Origin: Thermoanaerobaculia bacterium
GTDB taxonomy: Bacteria; Acidobacteriota; Thermoanaerobaculia; Multivoradales; Multivoraceae
DNA length: 64,000 nucleotides
Assembly (NCBI GenBank): GCA_963664405.1
Contig: OY761158.1
Span: 2,592,001-2,656,000, forward strand
Direction of reading: 5' to 3'
Below the pieces are notes generated by a model. It worked only from the letters and a program-made list of their open reading frames with translations, was not told the DNA's origin and did no database searches. This document shows positions 52,911-62,494 of the stretch, piece after piece. A program made the translations under genes and the position numbers. How positions within the stretch are numbered: position 1 is the stretch's first letter; each line of letters begins with the position of its first letter.

Positions 52911-54198
52911 CGGGGATCCTTTTTCGAGGGCCTCGTCGATCGCCACTGCAAGCTCCCTGGGTCCACTCTCGGCAAGGAGCTCGAGGAGTCTGGCGACGGC
53001 ACTCGAGAGTCGTCTCTGCCGTCGGGCCAGCTCCCGCAGGAGCTCTTCGGCCTGGGGCACCGTACGCAGCAGGTAGTCCTGGCCGCGCTGTGTACGTGCC
53101 TCGCGTTTCTGTCGTTCCAGCTCTTCTAGGTGACGGGGGTCTTCGATGATCTGGCCCTTGTCCCAGGACCTTGTGTGCTCGGCGATGAGCTGCTCGCGAT
53201 CGAAGATGCGCACACGCTCCGGGTCTGCGGCGATCTGTAGCGAGCGGGCGATGCGATCATGCGGGATCGAGTAGCGATTCGCATCGAAGCTCAGGTAAGG
53301 AGTGCGCCGCGTGATCCGCTCGACCCATTCGTGGCAGGGGAAAGGCTGCGCCGGAAGGCTCACGAGATGAGAGCGCTCCTCGAGATAGGCCTGCTCGACG
53401 GTGCGACGCCGGTCCTGGGGCCACGGGCGCTTCATCGCTCGGTCGCGACACCACTCCAGAGCGTCCCGGTTCAGCGCTTCTCTGTCCCAGGTGCGACGCA
53501 GCGGAAAGAAGGAAGTTCTGACAAAACGAATGGCTCGTTCGACGCGACCTTTTTCATTTCCTCGTCTGGGAGCAACGGGCCTTGGATCAAAGCCGTAGAA
53601 GTCGGCGAGCTCGAGAAGCCGTGGATGAAAGCGAATGGCGCTGCGGCGCCGCTCGAGCACAGCGCTGCGCAGATTGTCGTAGAGGTGGATCTTGGCCAGA
53701 CCCTCAAAGAAGGAGAAGGCGAGGACATGCCCGGTCAGGAAGCTCGGCAGACGAGCGTCGTAGAAGAAGTGCAGAAAGAGAGCTCGCGAGTAGCTCAGCA
53801 CCATGACGAAGGCGTAGAGACGGCGCTCTCCGCCATCGACCTTTCGGGTGCCGAAGTGAGCCCAGTCCACCTGGGCCTGTTCGCCGGCAAGCGTACGGAG
53901 CACAAAGAAAGCCTCAGGCGCCTTGCGGGGGCGCAGGCCGAGCTCGGCAATGCAGTGGCGGAAGTGATCCTCCCCACCGGGATAGTCACGCTTCTTGACC
54001 ATCTCGTAGAGCACGCTCGCCGGCAGCTCCGGGTAGCGCTCAAAGACTTCCTGGATGAAGGGGACGAAGCGATCGACCATGGACGCTCGTCGCGGCGATC
54101 GAGGCCGGCTCAGCCCTTCGCGTCGAAGGACTCGAGTGACCGTCGAGTGATGGATTCCCAGATGGCGGGCGATCGTGTTGCGCCGCCAGCCCTCCGAC

Positions 54199-54723
54199 TC
54201 ATAGAGACGGCGGATCTCGGCGGCGAGCTCGGGAGAGATCATCCCGCGCCCGCCTGCGCACCGGGCGTACTCGGCGCGATCGCAAGAAGTCGTGGCGGAC
54301 AATCGGCTCGCAAGGATGGCGGCACAGCCTGCAGAGAAGCTCCTCGTTCCGACCTCCAACGGACAAGCCTTGCAAAAACAACGGAAGCGGCGCGGTGGGC
54401 CATGACGCCACCGTCGCAGGGCAGCCCCCGGTGCGGCAACTGTGATGCGTCACTTTCTTTGAGCCTTGCTGCTTGCAATCTCGATAGGCCTGCTGACGAC
54501 GAGCATGCAAGCGGCGCCCTCGCGGCGTCTGCTGATAGCGACGCCCGGCCCCGCGAAGGCTGTGGCGCCGAGCCTCATCCCGGCACTCCGGCGTGCAATA
54601 ACGATGGCCGCGATCGCACCAAGAGCAAATGTAGACAGCTTGCCGGCAACGATCGCAAACGAAACGGCGACAATCGGGACGGCGGCGCACGGCCCAGGCC
54701 TCCTTCGGCCTGGACTTCGCCAC
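54199..54723 (-). CDS. Element A upstream Cys-rich (Zn-finger-like) basic ORF
   Basis: CDRC...CSWCDRGHRYC, KVTH, CRLC; homologous to 55126-55521; start uncertain. Confidence 0.75.
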   Translation of the reverse strand: MAKSRPKEAWAVRRRPDCRRFVCDRCRQAVYICSWCDRGHRYCTPECRDEARRHSLRGAGRRYQQTPRGRRLHARRQQAYRDCKQQGSKKVTHHSCRTGGCPATVASWPTAPLPLFLQGLSVGGRNEELLCRLCRHPCEPIVRHDFLRSRRVRPVRRRARDDLSRARRRDPPSL

Positions 54724-55125
54724 CCGCAGGCGGAATACTCCCTCTTCTGGGGCGTCATACCCCAGGTGTTGATGGCTGCGAGAAAGCGCATCCCGTTGGC
54801 TGCGAGCGCAGTTTCCGGGATGGAGTGAGCTGAGGGCTTCGCGACCGCGGGAAAGCTAGGCCTTCTTCAGGAAGGGCGGCATCATCCCGCCGGAACGGCG
54901 GTCCGGGTGCGTGGTCCCGGCGGCGTGTTTGCGGTCGGAAGAGATGCGTGAGTCGGTGTAGGGCTTTGCAGTGCGGGCTCTGCTCTGATAGAGCAGGCCG
55001 ACCAGAGACGGCGAGAGCCCGGGAAAGCGAAGTAGAAAACGCCCCGGGCTCTGCCCCAAACCGCAGCATTAGCTGCGCTTGCAGTATGGCAGAGAGTCGG
55101 GGTCGTCGTCGAATGGGAGGCGACG

Positions 55126-55521
55126 ATGCGACCGGACTACCGACTCTTCGACTGTGCTCGATGCCGTCGGCGTATCTCGCTGTGCTCGCACTGTGACCGT
55201 GGCCAGCGTTACTGCCGGGCTTGTGCTCTGGTGGCTCGTCGGGAATCGACTCGGGCGGCCGGCCATCGGTACCAGCGAAGCCTCCGAGGTCGGCATTGTC
55301 ATGCCGCCCGTCAGGCCCGCTACCGTCGGCGCCAGCGCGAGCGGGCAGAGAAAGTGACGCATCAGGGTACCCCAGGCGGTACTTCGGGGAGGACACTGTG
55401 TCGGATCGAGACTCCGAGGCGCGAAGTGCGCTACGACCCGAGGAATCCGCGATGCATGCAGTGTGGAGAGGCCTGCCGAGAGTTTGTGCGAACGAGCTTT
55501 CGTCGTTGCCGACGGAGATAG
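55126..55521 (+). CDS. Element B upstream Cys-rich (Zn-finger-like) basic ORF
   Basis: CARC...CSHCDRGQRYC, KVTHQG, CMQC; GGAGG RBS. Confidence 0.8.
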   Translation: MRPDYRLFDCARCRRRISLCSHCDRGQRYCRACALVARRESTRAAGHRYQRSLRGRHCHAARQARYRRRQRERAEKVTHQGTPGGTSGRTLCRIETPRREVRYDPRNPRCMQCGEACREFVRTSFRRCRRR

Positions 55522-55525
55522 GGGC

Positions 55526-57036
55526 GTGATCGACGCACAGCTGCGCGGGGAGATCCGTCGTCTGTTCCTGGTCGAGAAGTGGAAAGTCGGCACGATCGCT
55601 CGACAGCTACAGCTGCACCCCTCAACCGTGCGCCGGGCGCTGGAGAAGTCCGGCGTGCTACCCCAGCAGCGACGAGGGAGGATGATCGATCCTTACCTGC
55701 CGTTCATCGAGCAGGTGCTCGGGACCTACCCACGACTGCCGGCGAGCCGTCTCTACACCATGGTGGTGGAGCGCGGCTATCCAGGAGGCCCGGATCAGTT
55801 TCGCCACCTGGTGGCCTCGATGCGACCGAAGCCCCAGCGCGAGGCGTTTCTCTCGCTGCGCATGCTGCCAGGAGAGCAGGCGCAGGTCGACTGGGGCCAC
55901 TTCGGTCGGCTCCGCGTCGGCCGGGCACATCGTCGGCTCTATGCCTTCGTCTTCGTGCTGTCGTTCTCGCGCACGGTCTTCGTGCACTTCACCCTCGACA
56001 CTCGTCTCGAAACCTTCTTGCACGCTCACCAGCTGGCCTTCCACCTACGTCGACGGCGTCGTCAGGACCGTTCTGTACGACAACCTGCGAACCGCGGTGA
56101 TCGAGCGGCAGGGAACCGCGGTGCGCTTCCATCCCGTGCTGCTCGATTTCGCCAGCCACTACGGCTTCCTTCCCACCGTCGCCGCGGTGGCTCGGGGAAA
56201 TGAAGAAAGGCCGCGTCGAGCGCGCAATCCGCTTCCTGCGAAGCTCGTTCTTCGGCGCCCGAACGGTGAGCGATTTGGATCGTCTGAATCGGCAGGTCCT
56301 GGAATGGTGCCAGAGGTCGCAGCGCAGACCCTGGCCGCAGGACCGACAGCGAACCGTGAAAAGCGCCCTGGCCCAGGAACGACCTCGACTGCTTGAGCTT
56401 CCCGGAGACGACTTCGAAACCGACCTGCGACTGGAGATCAAGGTCAGAAAGACGCCGATCGTGCGCTTCGACCTCAACGACTACTCGGTGCCGCACAGTC
56501 ATGTGCAGAGGACCGTCACGCTCCTCGCCAGCGAGCATCGGGTGCGGATCCTCGATGGCCAGGAGCTCCTCGCCGAGCACCCTCGCTCGTACTCCCGGGG
56601 CGAGCAGATCCTCGATCCTCAACACCTCGAGGAGCTCCTCGCTCACAAACGCAGGGCCCGACGACACCGGGGCTTCCATCGGCTGTTTTCCGCTGTGCCT
56701 CGATGCGAAGAGCTGATGCAGCAGCTCGCCGAGCGAGGCGAGAACCTCGGAACGCAGACCGCCGGCCTGCTCCGACTCCTGCGCCAGTACGGCCCCCAGC
56801 GACTCGACAAAGCCGTGCGCGAAGCGCTCCTGAACCACGCACCGCGATTCCAGTCCGTCCGGCTCCTACTCGAACGGCACCAGCGCGGCCTCGGTCAGCC
56901 CCCGGCTTTACCGGTGCCGCTCAGCCAGGAGCTCCAACAGCGAGATCTCTCCGTGAGACCGCACAACCTCGAGGACTACGACCAACTTGGAGGCAACGAC
57001 GATGGCCCGACCCAGGAAGAGTCCAACGATCCCTGA
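55526..57036 (+). pseudogene. istA: IstA-like transposase, frameshifts near 56045 and 56200
   Basis: GEQAQVDWGHF, LYDNL, KGRVERAIRF, NDYSVP across the breaks. Confidence 0.88.
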
Positions 57037-57796
57037 CGAACCACTACGAGAGCTCGCCCGATCCCTCGGCTTCTACGCCCTCGTCGACGACTGGGGCACC
57101 TACCGAGAACAGCCCTGGCTCGAACAGCTGCTGCGCAAAGAAGAGGCCGAGCGCAAACGGCGCAGCCTCGAACGGCGCATCCGCACCAGCCGCGTCGGGC
57201 TCTTCAAGAGCATCGCCGACTTCGACTTCTCCTGGCCCCAGCGCATCGACCGCGAGCAGATCCAGGATCTGCTCACCCTCCAATTCCTCGACGACATCAC
57301 CAACGTCATCCTCCTCGGACCCAACGGTGTCGGCAAGACCATGATTGCCAAGAACCTCCTCTACCAGGCGCTGCAACGAGGGGCCACCGCCAGCTTCGTC
57401 ACCGCCTCCGACATGCTCAACGATCTCGCCGTCCAGGAAACCCCCTCGGCGCTCCAGAGAAGGCTCTCCAAATACACCCGACCCTCGCTTTTGGCAATCG
57501 ATGAGCTCGGCTATCTCTCCTACGACCACCGCCACGCGGATCTCCTCTTCGAGGTCGTCTCCAGGAGATACGGCAACAAGCCCATTCTTCTCACCACCAA
57601 CAAGCCCTTCGCCGAATGGGCCGAGGTCTTTCCCAACGCCTCCTGCGTCGTCACTCTCGTCGATCGACTCACCCACCACGCCGAGATCGTCAAGATCGAG
57701 GCTAACTCCTATCGCCGCAAGGAGGCCAAGGAGGCTGCTGAAAAAAAGGCCAAGGACCGCGCCAAAAGGCGGAGCGCAGCACGACGACGCTCATGA
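57002..57796 (+). CDS. istB: IstB-like AAA+ ATPase
   Basis: GPNGVGKT, IDELGYL, LTTN, DRLTH, SYR; start uncertain. Confidence 0.92.
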   Translation: MARPRKSPTIPDEPLRELARSLGFYALVDDWGTYREQPWLEQLLRKEEAERKRRSLERRIRTSRVGLFKSIADFDFSWPQRIDREQIQDLLTLQFLDDITNVILLGPNGVGKTMIAKNLLYQALQRGATASFVTASDMLNDLAVQETPSALQRRLSKYTRPSLLAIDELGYLSYDHRHADLLFEVVSRRYGNKPILLTTNKPFAEWAEVFPNASCVVTLVDRLTHHAEIVKIEANSYRRKEAKEAAEKKAKDRAKRRSAARRRS

Positions 57797-58149
57797 CCCG
57801 AAGCCACTATCGGCGCCAGCTCCTCCGCCTCTATCGACTCCTTCCCGACACCCCGCACCGCTTCCACCACGGCGACCGCGTCATCGTCGACCAGCTCTTC
57901 GACCAAGACCTGCCTCTCACCGTCCTCCAGGCCGCCCTCCTCCTCGGCTCCGCCCGACGCGCATGCCGAGATCCGCGCCTACCAAAGCTCCAGCCCATCC
58001 GATCCCTCGCCTACTTTCTCCCCATCCTCCGAGAACTCCCCACGACGCCACCCCCCGAGGGGTACCTCGACTATCTGCGCCACACCCTGAGTCACGCCTC
58101 GCGGGGACAAAAAACCGACTCGCAGCCAACTAAGTGCGCTTTCTCGTAG
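57793..58149 (+). CDS. Element B fourth ORF (helical, unknown function)
   Basis: ATGA overlap with istB; stop codon lies inside the terminal IR. Confidence 0.8.
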   Translation: MTRSHYRRQLLRLYRLLPDTPHRFHHGDRVIVDQLFDQDLPLTVLQAALLLGSARRACRDPRLPKLQPIRSLAYFLPILRELPTTPPPEGYLDYLRHTLSHASRGQKTDSQPTKCAFS

Positions 58150-58425
58150 CCGGTAACACCAGGCCTTCCGGCGGTGGGCGGTCACCTTGCTTGGAGTCGC
58201 CCCCGCCGGTCTCCCCATACTCCCACCTGCCACGCTGCTCGCGCGCTCGCGCGCGACGATGATGCTGAAGAGACTCTCAGCAGGAAACGCGGTCAGAAAG
58301 CCGGGATCGCGCGCTTCTTAAGCGCCGTTGACAGGCGTGTAACAGTCTGAAGGGGGATCGGGACCAGGCGTATCTAAGGGCTAGAATGGGCGGTAGGATT
58401 TAATGTGGCTATCAAGTATTATTTG

Positions 58426-58446
58426 GGGATTATATACGAGAGTGCC
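58426..58446. repeat. Possible IS1595-type terminal repeat
   Basis: GGGATTATATACGAGAGTGCC resembles IS1595-family ends as recalled; partner end not found. Confidence 0.4.
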
Positions 58447-58604
58447 GAAGGTTTGGGAGGTGAAGTGTGAGTGATTCAGGGCATCCCGACTACGTTGCAG
58501 AGGCTCTGGGGGCCTTCATGCGTGAACAGCCGCGGTGGACGTACTGGCCGCGTGAGCGGTTGACCGTCCGATGGGCCGCCCGGTAGCTCACCATGAGGTC
58601 GAGC

Positions 58605-59258
58605 CTAGACGGAACCTTGTGAGTCGTGGTCGTGCGCACACCGTGCCACGAACAGCCCCTCAATCGAAGCTCGACGAAACCTGCTCAACAAGACCAACTT
58701 CGCGGCTGCAAAGTGGGCTCCGGTGGTGAGCACGTCGTCGACGATGACAATCACAGTCGGTTCTGGCGTTGAGCGTGTTTCCTCAATGCGGTAGCGTTGT
58801 GCGATCTCCCGTGGCCGGGGCCGCATGCCAGTCGGCTTTTCGTGGGCAGGGACGGTGCTCTCGTCCTGAACGAGAAGTTCGCTCACGTTCCACGCCTGAT
58901 CATCAGGCCGAGCAACGCGAAGCATTCGCGTTAGTCGGTCGTCATAGAGAGGGTCGCCGGGTGCCTTCGACGGCGGCATCGGTACGAACGCATGGCCCTC
59001 TGGGGGAACTGGAACTACGGCACGCCGGAACGCCGTGGCGATCGTGTCAATCGCATCCTCCTTGTATTTCCACTCAGGTCTCCCTTGCCGGCTCATCGAC
59101 TTCTTGAAGTTCGAGATCAGGCTGTTGGTCGAGCTGTAGGCAAAGCCTCGTCCAGCGACGTACTCGCCGAGGAAGTAACAGCGGTCCTCGCTGATGAGCC
59201 AGCGGTGGTCGGCCCGCGTCAGCTCGTCGACTAGTGTGAAGCGATCAGGCAAACTCAC
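58605..59258 (-). CDS. Phosphoribosyltransferase-fold (ComF-like) protein
   Basis: FVPMPPSK, IVIVDDVLTTGAHF. Confidence 0.85.
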   Translation of the reverse strand: MSLPDRFTLVDELTRADHRWLISEDRCYFLGEYVAGRGFAYSSTNSLISNFKKSMSRQGRPEWKYKEDAIDTIATAFRRAVVPVPPEGHAFVPMPPSKAPGDPLYDDRLTRMLRVARPDDQAWNVSELLVQDESTVPAHEKPTGMRPRPREIAQRYRIEETRSTPEPTVIVIVDDVLTTGAHFAAAKLVLLSRFRRASIEGLFVARCAHDHDSQGSV

Positions 59259-60213
59259 GTCGGATGTCGGCGTAGTCCTGGACCCTAACCGCTCCCTTTT
59301 CCGCTAGGCGTGCAGGCCACGTCAACTGCGGGTTCCGAAAGCAACTGTCGAGGACAAACAGCTTCCGTCCCTGGTGCAAGGCTGCGCGTGCCTGAGTCAG
59401 CGTGCCCGAGGTCTCGCCCGCTTCAACGATGATAGACGCCTCCGAAAGCGCTGACATCACTACGTTGCGCTCCGGAAAGAACAGGCGGTTGCGGCGATAG
59501 TCTTGCGACTCGTACCGCTCGAGGGGAACCGGACTCACGACCAGAAAACGCTCGGCAATACGACGCTGCAGGTCTGCGTGAGCCCTCGGATAGACGTGCG
59601 AAAGTGGTGTGCCGATGACCGCGATTGTTCGCCCGCCGCACTTGATGGCCGTCTCGTGGGCGACCCGATCAATGCCGGCCGCCAACCCCGAGATGATGGT
59701 GAAGTCGTCGGCGACGAGGTCGCGGACCAGATTCCGGGTGCATGCACACCCATTCTTCGACGGCTTCCGGGTTCCGACCACCGCGACCGACCGCGACGCT
59801 ACTAGGTCCCAACATCCTTGGTAGTAGAGAAGCTCAACCGGATGGGCCGCATCCCGCAGTTTCGTCGGGTACTCGCTGGCACCGTTCACGCTTACGCCAA
59901 ACCGCGGAATCTCGGCTTTGGCGAATCGCTCCTTGACGGCGGCAGCGTGGCTAAGAGCGTCCTCCTCTGACACGAAGTGCGACGGCACACGCTGGGGATG
60001 CTCGGCAAACCGCTTCGCGAGTGACCTGAAGGTGGTGCGCGGATCGGACCACAGGACTTCATACGCTCCCATCTCTCGGAACGGGGAAATTGCCCGCTCC
60101 TCAAACGAGGATTCAACGGGAAGAGGTAGCGTTCCGCTGGCGTCTTTGCCGACGACTGACATTCCCACCGCGGAGACTCTAGCAGATGCGGCCACTAGCG
60201 AACCTGCTCTCAT
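59245..60213 (-). CDS. DprA/SMF-like protein
   Basis: VAVVGTR, ISGLAAGID, FFPERN, IVEAGETSGTL; overlaps the PRTase start. Confidence 0.9.
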   Translation of the reverse strand: MRAGSLVAASARVSAVGMSVVGKDASGTLPLPVESSFEERAISPFREMGAYEVLWSDPRTTFRSLAKRFAEHPQRVPSHFVSEEDALSHAAAVKERFAKAEIPRFGVSVNGASEYPTKLRDAAHPVELLYYQGCWDLVASRSVAVVGTRKPSKNGCACTRNLVRDLVADDFTIISGLAAGIDRVAHETAIKCGGRTIAVIGTPLSHVYPRAHADLQRRIAERFLVVSPVPLERYESQDYRRNRLFFPERNVVMSALSEASIIVEAGETSGTLTQARAALHQGRKLFVLDSCFRNPQLTWPARLAEKGAVRVQDYADIRREFA

Positions 60214-60389
60214 TACGCTTCATTACCGCCCATACTGCCAGCTTTCCATCGGACTGGCAACCTAGGCGGGCAGCCCCAAGGGCGGCTGTGTGGCGTCCCG
60301 GCGAGTATCTCCGCGCTGGCGGCGAGCGGTCGGGCATGAAGCCGCCGCGCTTCGTCTACCAGTAGGCAGCTCCCCACGTCTCCTGCCTC

Positions 60390-60742
60390 TTGACTTCTAG
60401 CGCCAAGACTGGCACCGTCATGGAGGGATCGAAGATCGGATTCCAGAAGTGGATGATCGCCGCCTTCCTGCTGACGACCAGCCTCAAGAGCGTGTCGAGC
60501 ATGAAGCTGCACCGCGACTTGGGCGTAACGCAGAAGACCGCGTGGTTCATGGCGCAGCGGCTTCGCGCTGCGTTTGAAGCGGGCGGGCCAACCGTGCGTT
60601 TCGAGGGTCCAGTCGAAGTGGACGAGACGTTCGTGGGCGGCAAGCGGAAGAACATGCACGCCAAGAAGCGCAAGAAGCTGGAAGGACGCGGCACCGTGGG
60701 GAAGACGGCCGTGGTCGGCATCAAGGATCGGGAGACGAAGCA
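60390..60742 (+). pseudogene. IS1595-family transposase fragment
   Basis: SSMKLHRDLGVTQKTAWFM, GPVEVDETFVGG, KTAVVGIKDR. Confidence 0.88.
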
Positions 60743-60991
60743 AGCAGGCTTTCCCGGGCAGTCAGGAGCAGCCTCAAGAGCCGTCTGCTCACCTCCTGCT
60801 CACCAACTCAGCCAAACTGCCCGGGATTCAAGGGGTCGAGGGTTGTCCCAACACAAGAGAGGGACCACCGGGTTCAGGGAGCCCGAAATCACCGCTCAAG
60901 TCCTACCTATCGCCTACCCCGGCCCCGAGCGTCGATCTACGCCTCACTCATGAAGAAAGAGTAAGTCGTGCGTAGAGAACAAGTTAGATGC

Positions 60992-61068
60992 TGGTATCCC
61001 CAACGGGATTTGAACCCGTGTTGCCAGCTTGAAAGGCTGGAGTCCTGACCAGGCTAGACGATGGGGAC
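60992..61068 (-). tRNA. tRNA-Glu (anticodon TTC)
   Basis: Cloverleaf: GTCCCCA acceptor, CCAGC-CTTTCAA-GCTGG anticodon arm, GGTTCAAATCC T arm, encoded CCA. Confidence 0.97.
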
Positions 61069-61135
61069 ACGAGGCACGAGAGACCCTAGAAGGGCTCGCT
61101 GTCGAGTGCCGAATTTTAGCACAAGGCGCAGCGCT

Positions 61136-61963
61136 TCAGACCTCTGGGGGCGTCGCTCCTTGCGCGTCCGGCCTCAGTTCCAACTCTAGGCTTGTCGTCG
61201 AAAACTGGACCTCGCCGAAGCCGAAAGTGCCGAGGAAGGTCCCTTCGTAGAGGGCTCCCGCGCCCGGCATGATAGCGGTGGTCGAAAGCTCGGCGTCGCT
61301 ACGAGCGAGTAAGCCACCATCGCTGTCCAGAAGGCTGACAGTCACGACAACGACGCTCGCGACCATCGGGCTACTATTTCGCAAGGAGCCCCGAATGGTG
61401 ACCTCTCCGTCTCCTGACGAATCCTCAATCCAACTGACGACTTCTACCGGTGAGGTGCCAGGCAACTGCAGAGCCGGTCGGATCTCCAAACGGTCAGATG
61501 ACGGGACCAACGACGCCGCCTGGACCGCGCCGGAATCGCTAGGGCTCTCGTCGCCCGTAACGTCATCCTCCGAAGCCACTACCGCAACCGCTTCGAACTC
61601 CGGCAGGTCCCCATCGGTGAGTACCAGGACCGGGGCACGCTCCTCGGCCTCCGCAGGCTTCGCCTCCGGCTTGCTCTTCTTCTCGCTCAGTTTGCGACTC
61701 GCATCGATGTCCACGGAAGCCACTCTGACCGATGAAAGCGAACCCCGAGGCGTCGTGAAAATGACCCGGCCGCCCTGAACCGTCCAGGAACCCTTGGTCT
61801 CTACTTCGTCGCCAGAGTCCAGAACGAGCCAGTCGGCAGCGGCAGGAAGAGCGCCCATCACCAGCAGCGCCACCGCTAGCAGCAAGACAAGGGGACTGGC
61901 TCCAGCGACGGGGGTCCGAAGACCCGGATTCGTCGACGGCGTGTTGGGAGAGTTTCTCGTCAC
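61136..61963 (-). CDS. Secreted protein with C-terminal FxLYD-like Ig domain
   Basis: Signal ...AAA-DWLVL; IRGSLRN, VSLLDSDGGLL, IMPG. Confidence 0.65.
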   Translation of the reverse strand: MTRNSPNTPSTNPGLRTPVAGASPLVLLLAVALLVMGALPAAADWLVLDSGDEVETKGSWTVQGGRVIFTTPRGSLSSVRVASVDIDASRKLSEKKSKPEAKPAEAEERAPVLVLTDGDLPEFEAVAVVASEDDVTGDESPSDSGAVQAASLVPSSDRLEIRPALQLPGTSPVEVVSWIEDSSGDGEVTIRGSLRNSSPMVASVVVVTVSLLDSDGGLLARSDAELSTTAIMPGAGALYEGTFLGTFGFGEVQFSTTSLELELRPDAQGATPPEV

Positions 61964-62249
61964 GACAGCCTCCTCTCGAAGGAGTTCGGAAATGCCTGAG
62001 TGATTATAGGCTCTTCGACCGATCAGCGACGATCCGAAAGCCGCCCCCCCTATAGCCTCGGCCCTGGATCGCCGCTGGGCTCTAGGCCCGCAAGACCGAT
62101 GCCAGAGCTGCGGGCGCGAGAAAACGCTCAGATCAATCGCCTTACTCGCAACCAGCGCGGACGCTCTCGGGCAGGGCTGTTACCGAACTACACATATACG
62201 CCGCGAGTGATATTCCGAAGTGGAGAACCGAGCACGGAATCGTCGCTTT

Positions 62250-62483
62250 CAATCTTCCGCCCCAAACCGGCTGTCCGAGGACATCGAGGTCATTCGCCGA
62301 GCGTTCCCCCAGACTTATGTCCTGAGACCACCGAAGACTCACAATCTGGTGGCCATCGCAACCCCGGAGGAGGCGGTGGGTGTCGACGAGCTGATGCAAC
62401 GAGGCCGGGCACTGGATGACCGCTTCGGGACCGAGCTCTCCTTCGCCGAGCTCGCCGGCCAGATCCTCGATCGCGGCGATTGA
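62250..62483 (+). pseudogene. Possible spermidine-synthase-like C-terminal fragment
   Basis: IRRAFPQTYV...HNLVAIAT; no credible start. Confidence 0.3.
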
Positions 62484-62494
62484 AGCACCAGGCC

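Larger units (their letters stand above)
50889..54242 (-). pseudogene. istA: IstA-like transposase interrupted at 51062-52910
   Basis: GEQAQVDWAHF, YDN, KGRVER, NRYSIP; C-terminus resumes HPEAVRLIL...LADYD. Confidence 0.9.
54767..58158 (+). mobile_element. IS21-like element B (four genes)
   Basis: IRs TGTTGATGGCTGCGAGAAAGCGCA and TGTTACCGGCTACGAGAAAGCGCA with internal GGCTGCGAG repeat; 5-bp duplication CCAGG. Confidence 0.92.
49757..58333 (-). mobile_element. IS21-like element A (four genes) hosting nested insertions
   Basis: Imperfect IRs TGTTATCGGCGGTCATAAAGTGCGGGATTCCGGCT and TGTCAACGGCGCTTAAGAAGCGCGCGATCCCGGCT; no target duplication seen. Confidence 0.82.

Noticed and set aside
49757-58158. 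Composite transposon of two inverted IS21 copies
   Set aside because: IRs and the CCAGG duplication show B is nested inside A, and the two are divergent.
58605-60213. Competence genes dprA/comF
   Set aside because: Island location, no ComF Zn-finger and no DprA C-terminal domain; fits the TA/defence type.
60248-60275. Fourth copy of the intron/IS1111 target motif
   Set aside because: CGGACTGGCAACCTAGGC needs gaps and mismatches to align; could be chance.
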